This document shows, piece after piece, positions 1 through 8,744 of a stretch of 64,000 nucleotides of DNA. A program made the position numbers and the translations under genes. The stretch lies in contig CAXXQS010000003.1 of NCBI GenBank assembly GCA_963674735.2, forward strand, positions 32,001-96,000. The letters are read 5' to 3'. Source of the DNA: Myxococcota bacterium (GTDB lineage Bacteria > Myxococcota_A > SURF-8). The notes below the pieces were generated by a model. It worked only from the letters and a program-made list of their open reading frames with translations. It did no database searches and had not been told where the DNA came from. Position 1 is the first letter of the stretch, and every line of letters starts with the position of its first letter.

Positions 1-1
1 G

Positions 2-691
2 GGCCGTTTCTCGCACTTCGTAAAGGGATATGGCTTCCATGTTTTACATGGGCGTGTGCTTCCCGTTTGTCAGGGTATTGCCGCCTCAACGCAAGGATTG
101 CTCGTTTGCGGTATCTCAGGCGATGGCGATGCGTTGGCGATCGGTGGCGGTCATTTACCCCATGCCGCGCGGCGAAATCCGAATATGGTGTACATGATTC
201 TGGACAACTCGATTTACGGTCTGACGAAAGGCCAATTCTCGCCTACGACCTTCCAGGGAGCCAAAACCGTGACGTCGCCCTATGGGGTCACGGAAGCTCG
301 TCTCGATCCTCTCAGCCTGCTTCTCGGGTATAACGTTTCATTTGTGGCGCGCGGATTTTCAGCCGATAACAAGATGCTGCGTGAAATCATGTCGGCAGCC
401 ATCCAGCACCGTGGATTTTCCGTCGTGCATGTCTTGTCGCCTTGTGTGTCCTTCAATAAGGAAGTTACCTACGATTATCTTTCCGAACGGGTGACGGCTT
501 TACCGGAGGATTTCGATTCCACCAACAAGGTTTCGGCTTTTCGCTATGCACAGGACCCCGAAAAGATTTATGCCGGAATCTTTTACCAGGAAGAACGTCC
601 GACACTGCAGGACTATCATTCCCAGGCCATTGAAAGCGCCTGCCGCGATTCCCAAGCGGGTGATTTGGAAGCCGTGCTCAATCGCTACTGA
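2..691 (+). CDS. 2-oxoacid:ferredoxin oxidoreductase beta subunit (TPP-binding), 5' end lies outside the window
   Basis: Frame is open from base 2 (GRFSHFVKGYGFHVLHGRVLP); TPP motif GDGD...GG...LDNSIYGLTKGQFSPT; SPCVSFN. Confidence 0.9.
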   Translation, partial: GRFSHFVKGYGFHVLHGRVLPVCQGIAASTQGLLVCGISGDGDALAIGGGHLPHAARRNPNMVYMILDNSIYGLTKGQFSPTTFQGAKTVTSPYGVTEARLDPLSLLLGYNVSFVARGFSADNKMLREIMSAAIQHRGFSVVHVLSPCVSFNKEVTYDYLSERVTALPEDFDSTNKVSAFRYAQDPEKIYAGIFYQEERPTLQDYHSQAIESACRDSQAGDLEAVLNRY

Positions 692-738
692 CATCCTGAA
701 TCACAACTGGAAAAATGACCGGTGAAGGGGTGCCGGAG

Positions 739-1257
739 CTAATGCAGCATGTAGGCATCGTCACGAGAGGTGGCAAGTGCTCGATTGTGGAGATGTTGTA
801 AAATCCACAAAAAAACCGGGGATACCAGGGCCGTCGCTGCTGCGATGACCAGGATGCGTGTTCCATAGCCCGGCGCATCCAAGACGGTTTGGTGATGAAT
901 CAATTGAGTTAGAAGAACGTAAAAATGTTGAATCCCCAGGACCGTTGCAAAACAGTAAAGGGCGGCGAAGACCGGGTGCGTGAGGTTGATCAGGCGCATC
1001 AGAAAACGCGTGCTCCCGGTTAGGATGAGTGCCAGCAAGATATACAAAAAAGTTGCGCCGAAGGTAAAAGCCGAAAACAGGCAAGCCAGGAGAATCGCCA
1101 GTAGCGACGCAAAGGGTCCGCGCCAGGTCCGTGCCGCGAAAAAAACCCAGATCACCATGAAATCCGGTCGCCAAAGCTCGATATCCATTAGTTGGTAGAG
1201 ATTTCCAGCCAATGTGAAGGTGAGAAAAGCCGTGGCGAACAAGACGAGAACGCTCAT
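739..1257 (-). CDS. mreD: rod shape-determining protein MreD (putative)
   Basis: Hydrophobic protein of about 170 aa with RPDF motif; its ATG (1257) overlaps the mreC stop as ATGA. Confidence 0.75.
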   Translation of the reverse strand: MSVLVLFATAFLTFTLAGNLYQLMDIELWRPDFMVIWVFFAARTWRGPFASLLAILLACLFSAFTFGATFLYILLALILTGSTRFLMRLINLTHPVFAALYCFATVLGIQHFYVLLTQLIHHQTVLDAPGYGTRILVIAAATALVSPVFLWILQHLHNRALATSRDDAYMLH

Positions 1258-2078
1258 CGCCGCCACCCGCCACCTGTGACTAATAGAACTTCGTTGAGAC
1301 GGCTGAAGTCCACAGCCGGTTCGATTTTGGCTTCCTGGAAAATCCCGAAATCGTTGCGACTCACTTCAACCACGCGACCTAACAAAAGGCCGGCCGGGAA
1401 TTGCTGATCGAGTCCTGATGTGATGATTTCGTCTCCCGCCCGCACATCCTCCGTTCTTAAAGAGAAGGCGAACTGGCAGATCAGTTGGTCACGTTCGGAT
1501 ACGCCCTGAATGATGCCGCGAGCTCCGGTGCGTCGCACCAACCCATCGATGGAACTGTTGGAGTCGATCATGAGCAAGACTCGTGCACTGCGGTCGTGCA
1601 ACTCGATGACGCGACCCACGACGCCCGCTTCCGTCACGACGGCCGGATTCCCGCTGAGTCCATCCGCACGTCCGGTGTTGATGGTGATGCTGCGGAATTG
1701 GCTTAGGATGTTGGTGGCAATGACACGGGCGGGGCTGTATTGCAGCGGGACCCGTCGAGTAAAGCCAAGTAGGCGGCGCAACCGTGCATTCTCTTGTTCG
1801 ATAAGGCTCTGATCGGCAATCTGGCGACTCAAACGACGGTTGATGTCCCGCAGATCTTCGGCTTCTCTTTCGGTGTTCCACAGGGCGATATAACCATTCC
1901 ATAGGCTCGCCACGCCGTCAACGACCGCTACCACGGCTTCCTGGATCGGTCCGGCGATACCAACGACGACACGTCGCGAACCGCTGATTTTATCAGGTGG
2001 ATCGTAGAGAGCCTTCCCGGCGATCAGAATCAGAGCCAGTGCCAGGATGATCACGAAATGACGGCGGAGGAATCCCAT
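1254..2078 (-). CDS. mreC: rod shape-determining protein MreC
   Basis: N-terminal TM helix, coiled coil ENARLRRLL, G-V-V-G-R-V, GDEIITSGL..FPAGL, PAVDFSRL; follows mreB. Confidence 0.95.
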   Translation of the reverse strand: MGFLRRHFVIILALALILIAGKALYDPPDKISGSRRVVVGIAGPIQEAVVAVVDGVASLWNGYIALWNTEREAEDLRDINRRLSRQIADQSLIEQENARLRRLLGFTRRVPLQYSPARVIATNILSQFRSITINTGRADGLSGNPAVVTEAGVVGRVIELHDRSARVLLMIDSNSSIDGLVRRTGARGIIQGVSERDQLICQFAFSLRTEDVRAGDEIITSGLDQQFPAGLLLGRVVEVSRNDFGIFQEAKIEPAVDFSRLNEVLLVTGGGWRR

Positions 2079-2093
2079 GCGGAAACGGTCCGT

Positions 2094-3170
<1,077 letters not shown>

Positions 3171-3280
3171 TTACCCATCGTGTCCCTTGTTTACCAGATT
3201 CATCGATTGGCCGCAAGCGGCTTTTGCGCTTGGATTGTAGATACTTGGAGGTTGTTGTTCTCGTTTTGGCGAATTAGGCC

Positions 3281-4456
3281 TTATTTTCTTTTCGTGCCGG
3301 ACCGCTCAAGCCATGGGAAAATCCGTTTGCGGGCTGCACGCAGCTGGCTACGTTTGTATTCGGCATGGCTGGCGCGACCGCGGCGGCTTTCGATATAGGA
3401 GCTTTTATCCAGGATTTGCAGCTCGTAGGGGAAGAAGAAACGATATTCCACAAGTCCATCTTTCACATCAGGACTGAAGGAACTGATGGGAGGACCTTGT
3501 ACCCGGATAAGCTGGCGGCAGGTCATCTGCAAAGACGTGTATTCGGTACTGGAATAGACATTTCGTTCGCGAAGTTCGGCTTTATCGATTTGTGGGTGGA
3601 ACTCATTGGATTCTGCCAAGTTAATGGCCAATTGACGGACATCTTCGGCACTCATAAGCCCCTGTTTATGCTGTTCAAGGAGTTTGTTGAGGGCTTGATG
3701 GTAGCGTGGGATGTCGATCAAAGTGTTGCGGGTGCGTGATGTTTTGATGTTCGGGAAAGCGAAAATGTGTTTGCGGAGATATTTTAGTGCCTGTAACGCT
3801 TCGAATTTACTGAAGGTTACGAAGCGAAAGCCGATGCGGTCGAAGATGTCGGCACCCACATTGTCCGACTTGTGCAAGAGCTTGAGAAGCAGACTGTCGA
3901 AACTTTTTTGTGTTTTAATATCCAACATATACAGCCGGATTCCGTTTTCATCGGTTCCGAGGTAGACATCTCCGGCCGGATCGGTATGGACAAAGTCCAA
4001 CACGCGATCGAGAATGATTTTCTGAATCGACGGAAAAAAGTTCGTCGATAAATCATTGCTGATGTGGGTTAGGGTATGCATGATGCGCAGAATGGCGCAG
4101 GCCCATCGACCATGTCCGTTTTCGTTCGTCGAGGCCATCACCATGAGACGCGTGACGTCACGTTCAAAACGGATATACTCTGGAATTTCCATGCGTTCCG
4201 ACGGATTATCCGGATCTTGGAGGAGCCGTTTTTCGATGAAATGGACGGCATCGAAGCGAAGTTTTTCAAGGGCGCGGTGTTGGTCCGATATTTCTGGGTC
4301 GAAGCCGTAGTTTACGAGAAGGTTTCGGGCTGATTCCTGATCCGTGGTATTCAGTTTCGGTAGATCGACCGCATTGAGACCCCCCAGAACGATGTTGAGG
4401 GTTTCTTCATCGGCGTACAAGTCCTCGAAATTGTACATCTCGTCATGCGTTATCAC
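3281..4456 (-). CDS. TIGR04552/TIGR04562-like protein with a RelA/SpoT synthetase-like nucleotidyltransferase domain
   Basis: KSFDSLLLKL, DIFDRIGFRFV, YTSLQMT, FFFPYELQI, ASHAEYK; family name recalled, not searched. Confidence 0.7.
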   Translation of the reverse strand: MITHDEMYNFEDLYADEETLNIVLGGLNAVDLPKLNTTDQESARNLLVNYGFDPEISDQHRALEKLRFDAVHFIEKRLLQDPDNPSERMEIPEYIRFERDVTRLMVMASTNENGHGRWACAILRIMHTLTHISNDLSTNFFPSIQKIILDRVLDFVHTDPAGDVYLGTDENGIRLYMLDIKTQKSFDSLLLKLLHKSDNVGADIFDRIGFRFVTFSKFEALQALKYLRKHIFAFPNIKTSRTRNTLIDIPRYHQALNKLLEQHKQGLMSAEDVRQLAINLAESNEFHPQIDKAELRERNVYSSTEYTSLQMTCRQLIRVQGPPISSFSPDVKDGLVEYRFFFPYELQILDKSSYIESRRGRASHAEYKRSQLRAARKRIFPWLERSGTKRK

Positions 4457-4600
4457 AATCTCAACTCCCTTGGTGGCGGAGTATTGTCATACGAAACATC
4501 ATTTGGCAAGTGTTTTTTTGCCCGTTTTACCTCGATGAAAAGATCCGTATCATTATCCGTGAACTTGCCCCAACGATCTGTTTTCTGGTAGCTTGGAAAC

Positions 4601-5392
4601 ATGAATGACACGACAATCTCAAACCCGATTACCCCGCAAACAATTCAATTGTCGGCGGTGGTGATTTGTCAGAATGAGGCGGCGCGACTTGCGGCCTGCC
4701 TGGAATCGCTGGCCTTTTGCGATGAAATCGTTGTTGTGGACGGCGGCAGCCGAGATGAAACCGTCGCCATCGCACGGCGGTTTACAGATCGCGTATTTGA
4801 GCGACCTTATCGCGGTACAAACGACCAGAAAGAGCATGCACGGCGGCTGGCGACCGGTGTTTGGGTTTTGAACCTCGACGCCGATGAAACAGTCCCACCC
4901 GCATTGGCAGACGAAATTCGTGTCGCTATCCGCTTGAACCGTTCAACAGGCTATCGCATTCCGGTAAAAACCTACCTGGGTGGACATTGGCTGCGCCATA
5001 ACGGCTATTTTCCCAATCTTCAACGCCGGTTGTTTATACGGGAGCGGGCTGTTTGGGATCGAAGCCGAGAACCGCATGACCGAGTTTGCCTGGAAGGCCG
5101 CTGGGGAAAGTTGACGACCCCAATCGAACATGCGACCGCCGACTCTTTCGGCGAATTGGAAGCGAAAGCATGCCGTTACGGAGCACAAGCGGCCGAACGC
5201 ATGGCGGAGACCGGGCGAAAGGTGAGCACCTTGGATGCGTGGTTTCGACCTCGCTGGCGTTTCGTACGCAGTTATTTGTTTAAAGGCGGGTTTCTCGATC
5301 GTGAATTCGGATGGAAATTAGCCCGTTTACAGATGTTGGAGGGAAAAATTAAATATTCGCGGGATTCCCTGAAATCGCCGCAACGAACTTGA
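4601..5392 (+). CDS. glycosyltransferase family 2 (WaaE/KdtX-like LPS beta-glucosyltransferase)
   Basis: NEAARL, DEIVVVDGGSRDET, LNLDADE, PHD, FLKGGFLD-like C-terminal motif (YLFKGGFLD). Confidence 0.9.
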   Translation: MNDTTISNPITPQTIQLSAVVICQNEAARLAACLESLAFCDEIVVVDGGSRDETVAIARRFTDRVFERPYRGTNDQKEHARRLATGVWVLNLDADETVPPALADEIRVAIRLNRSTGYRIPVKTYLGGHWLRHNGYFPNLQRRLFIRERAVWDRSREPHDRVCLEGRWGKLTTPIEHATADSFGELEAKACRYGAQAAERMAETGRKVSTLDAWFRPRWRFVRSYLFKGGFLDREFGWKLARLQMLEGKIKYSRDSLKSPQRT

Positions 5393-5477
5393 TCGTTTGC
5401 CTCGAAATATGATAGTTTCCAAAGGGTTGAGAGTTCCTCGAAAAGCAAACGCAAATGCAGGGATAAAAGGACCAAGG

Positions 5478-6608
5478 ATGAAAACGCGTGATCCGTTTTA
5501 TGGGAGCAGACCGTACAACCTGCTGATATTACGTATGAGCGCTTTGGGGGATATCATACACACCCTGCCTGCCGTGCAGGCGTTGTACGAACGCTACCCA
5601 AAAACCAAGTTGGTTTGGACGGTGGATGAACCCTACAAAGACCTGCTGAAAGATCTTCCGATGCTGAGCGGGATTGAATCTTTCGATCGCTCGAAAGTCA
5701 CCCGCAAACTGAGAACGCTGGAAGGTTTCTGGTATGCGGTTGGAACGATCTGGGCTTTTATCAAGCGTCTACGTTTCATCAACTTCACCGGGTCGATCAC
5801 TTTTCAACCGCTGATACGCGCTTCGATTCTAGCCTGGCTTTCAGGCGCGCGCGTTCGCCTCGGTTTTCGGCGTTGGGCTGAAGGCGGCTGGTTTTGCCAG
5901 ACGAATCGGGTGCGAGTGAAGAAAAACCGACATGCCATTATTCAAAATCTTGAATTGTTGAGACCTTTGGGGGTCGATCCCGTTCCCAAACGTGTTCCCA
6001 TTGCGATTACGGATGTTGAACGTCAAGCGGTGGAGGTGTTTCTTCGACAAGAGGGGATCAACGCCGAGCGCTTGGCGATCCTGTCCCCCGGTTCGTCGAA
6101 AGCGGTCAAGCAGTGGACGATCGAGGGTTATGCCGGGCTAGCGGATGGTTTGGTAAATGACATGGACTTCACGCCGTTGATTGTCTGGGGCCCGGGGGAG
6201 GAACCGCTGGCGCGACGGATTATGGATGCGATGGAAGAACCCGCCGTCTTGGCTCCTGCCTTGAAATTGCGCGAGTTGGCGGCGTTGTGTGAGAAAGCTC
6301 GGCTGTTTATCGCCCCCGATTCAGGACCGCTTCATCTCGCGGCTGCTATGGGAACTCCCGTTGTGGGCATTTTCGGACCCACCGACCCGCAGATCACCGG
6401 CCCATTTTGGGAACCCAACCGGGTGGTGCGTTTCAATGCCGATTGCTCACGCAAATGTCACCGGCGGCGGAACAATCCCGATGCGCGTTGTCAATGCCTG
6501 CAGGAACTGAACGTCCGTGAAGTTTTAACGGCTTGTCAGTCTCTGGAACGCCAAATAGCCACTGAACGTTGGCCGGCCCCATCGGCTACTCATGCGGATG
6601 TTGAATGA
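5478..6608 (+). CDS. glycosyltransferase family 9 (LPS heptosyltransferase-like)
   Basis: RMSALGDIIHTLP, PGSS..KQW, DSGPLHLAAAMGTPVVGIFGPT; ATG 5478 follows an AGGA RBS. Confidence 0.92.
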   Translation: MKTRDPFYGSRPYNLLILRMSALGDIIHTLPAVQALYERYPKTKLVWTVDEPYKDLLKDLPMLSGIESFDRSKVTRKLRTLEGFWYAVGTIWAFIKRLRFINFTGSITFQPLIRASILAWLSGARVRLGFRRWAEGGWFCQTNRVRVKKNRHAIIQNLELLRPLGVDPVPKRVPIAITDVERQAVEVFLRQEGINAERLAILSPGSSKAVKQWTIEGYAGLADGLVNDMDFTPLIVWGPGEEPLARRIMDAMEEPAVLAPALKLRELAALCEKARLFIAPDSGPLHLAAAMGTPVVGIFGPTDPQITGPFWEPNRVVRFNADCSRKCHRRRNNPDARCQCLQELNVREVLTACQSLERQIATERWPAPSATHADVE

Positions 6609-6620
6609 AAGGACTGAAAT

Positions 6621-7172
6621 ATGCATTTCGACCAGATCGGAAAAGTGAATACGGATGCTTGTCTGAAGGCGGCCTATGAAAAAGCCCAGGAACTTGGTAT
6701 CGATGAACTGGTGTTGGCCACCACCACGGGCGAGACGGCGCGTCGTGCTCTTGAATTATGTCCAGGGATGAAAATCGTGGCGGTAAGTTATCATGCCGGA
6801 TTCAAAGAACCCTTCAAGCTGACTCTGACGGATGATGTACGGCGGGAACTTGAGGACCGAGGCGTTCGAGTTGTGTGTGCCACCCACGCCCTTTCGGGAG
6901 TGGAACGCGGGTTGGTGAAAAAACATCCGGGCGTGTATCCCGTGTTGTTGGTGGCGGACACACTCAAGCTTTTCGGTCAGGGAACGAAGGTCGCGGTAGA
7001 GGTGTCCATTATGGCGGCCGATGCCGGAGCGCTCAGCGGACGCCGGATCGTGGCCGTGGGTGGGTCGGGAAAAGGTTGCGACGCGGCACTGGTACTGACT
7101 CCGGCCAACATGAACGACTTCTTTTCACTCAAAATCCACGAGGTCATCTGCAAGCCGGGTTTGTATGCTTAA
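6621..7172 (+). CDS. standalone pyruvate kinase C-terminal (alpha/beta) domain protein, MTH1675-like
   Basis: NTDACL, VLATTTGETA, THALSGVER, FGQGTKVAVE, MAADAG, EVICKP. Confidence 0.85.
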   Translation: MHFDQIGKVNTDACLKAAYEKAQELGIDELVLATTTGETARRALELCPGMKIVAVSYHAGFKEPFKLTLTDDVRRELEDRGVRVVCATHALSGVERGLVKKHPGVYPVLLVADTLKLFGQGTKVAVEVSIMAADAGALSGRRIVAVGGSGKGCDAALVLTPANMNDFFSLKIHEVICKPGLYA

Positions 7173-7212
7173 AAAATCGGGACCGCCCCTTTGGAGGACG
7201 GTCCCGGTTTTT
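7173..7212. terminator. bidirectional intrinsic terminator
   Basis: aaaaatCGGGACCG...CGGTCCCGgttttt between convergent genes. Confidence 0.8.
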
Positions 7213-7229
7213 CGTTCAGTAAATGGCGT

Positions 7230-8639
7230 TTATTCCACGATCTCCGGGTCGCAAGGAATTGCGTCCGGTTGATGCAGCAATTCCGTCAACGAGAAGCAGG
7301 TATAGGGTTCGGACGGGATCGGAACGTGTCCGGCGGCCACCCAGAAGAGAAGTTTCTCGGGGTCGAAAACCACCATGTGCATCGGTCCGTTGGTGGCCAG
7401 GCCTGCGTCGTTGTCGATTTCTTCCGGTCCGGCTTCAACTCCCGTGCGTGGATTGACTCGATCGCGCATGACCGTAATCAGACCGTTCAGATCCAATTGG
7501 CCATATAAACTGTCTTGACCATCCGGTTCGACCAGTTGCTCCAGGCGTTCGCTACGCATGATACTGGAGTCGGGATTGGCGTCGTCCTGGGGCAGATCGT
7601 AGTCGACCATGTCGGGATGCATGAAGTGATTGACGGCGTAAATCAAGCCGTTTTCGATCATCCGTACGGCCATGTACTTACCGGTCATTTCAAATACGCC
7701 CGCCTGCCCCGTTTCGCCGTCGGCCAACGCGATGATTTCGGACGACATGTGCGGCTCGCCTTCCAGGAACGTTTGGGCTTCATCGAATGATTCGGCGGTT
7801 TTGAGGATCTTCGCCATCATTTGCACATGGCTGCGTCCCGTGGCTGACTGCACGCTGTTGTCCAGCGGATCGATTTCGTTCGAACAGGCCGAAATACCCG
7901 CAACGTTCATACCCGTGTAAGGGCTCATATTCAGCGGGAAGCCGACGAATACATGGGGAATCCCATCATCGGGCTGGCGCACGAAGATCACCGGATTTTG
8001 GTGAATGATGTCGATATTGAACGATCCCCAGTCGAGATTGCGTGCGTGGTAGAGTCGGCCGTCGGGTGTGGCGTCGCCACTGGTGAATACCTGTGTGCAG
8101 CCGGGGCCTTTGACCGCCTCTTCATCCGGAATACCGGAGGAGAGGAATTCAAGCAAGACGTCGCCGAAATTCAGAATCAGGCAGAATTCCATGGTGAAAC
8201 CGGTATCTCCGGCTGTATCGACAATACCTTCGCACTCATCGAGCAGGTCCTGGTAGGAATTTTCTTCGGCTACCGTAATCAGTCCCATACCCTCCGCCAA
8301 CACGGGAATGTTGGATAAAATGGGGTCGTTGTCGACAAATTCCATGGCATCGGCGATGACGTCGTGAAACAATTCACCGTGCTGTTGTCCCATTTCATAA
8401 GGTGTTCCGCGCAGATAGGCAATCGTGTAAAGACCTTGAGTTTCAAGATGCGGGGCAAGCAGGTCTTCCGCATCATCGTCGCTATCGCCATCACTGTCGT
8501 CGTCACTCTCACTATCGATGTCGCCGTCCGTATCCGCTTCATTTTCATCGCTGCCGCAACCGGCGATGGTCAGAGCCAACACCAGGACCAGCAGGATTCC
8601 CAGCATCCAGTTTACCGATTGCTTCATGTCGTACTGCAT
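7230..8639 (-). CDS. peptidase C45 / Ntn-hydrolase family lipoprotein
   Basis: Lipobox IAGC, acidic DGD linker, GTPYEMGQQHG, nucleophile motif GCT, HARNLDW, GMN..G, NHF. Confidence 0.85.
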   Translation of the reverse strand: MQYDMKQSVNWMLGILLVLVLALTIAGCGSDENEADTDGDIDSESDDDSDGDSDDDAEDLLAPHLETQGLYTIAYLRGTPYEMGQQHGELFHDVIADAMEFVDNDPILSNIPVLAEGMGLITVAEENSYQDLLDECEGIVDTAGDTGFTMEFCLILNFGDVLLEFLSSGIPDEEAVKGPGCTQVFTSGDATPDGRLYHARNLDWGSFNIDIIHQNPVIFVRQPDDGIPHVFVGFPLNMSPYTGMNVAGISACSNEIDPLDNSVQSATGRSHVQMMAKILKTAESFDEAQTFLEGEPHMSSEIIALADGETGQAGVFEMTGKYMAVRMIENGLIYAVNHFMHPDMVDYDLPQDDANPDSSIMRSERLEQLVEPDGQDSLYGQLDLNGLITVMRDRVNPRTGVEAGPEEIDNDAGLATNGPMHMVVFDPEKLLFWVAAGHVPIPSEPYTCFSLTELLHQPDAIPCDPEIVE

Positions 8640-8744
8640 GACGTGTACCTGTCCTTTCCAAATTCAGTAGCGATTCATCATTGATCAGCCGCGCTATTAT
8701 GGGACCGTAGCTTGTATTCGTCAAGGCGCCCGAACTTCCAGTCA

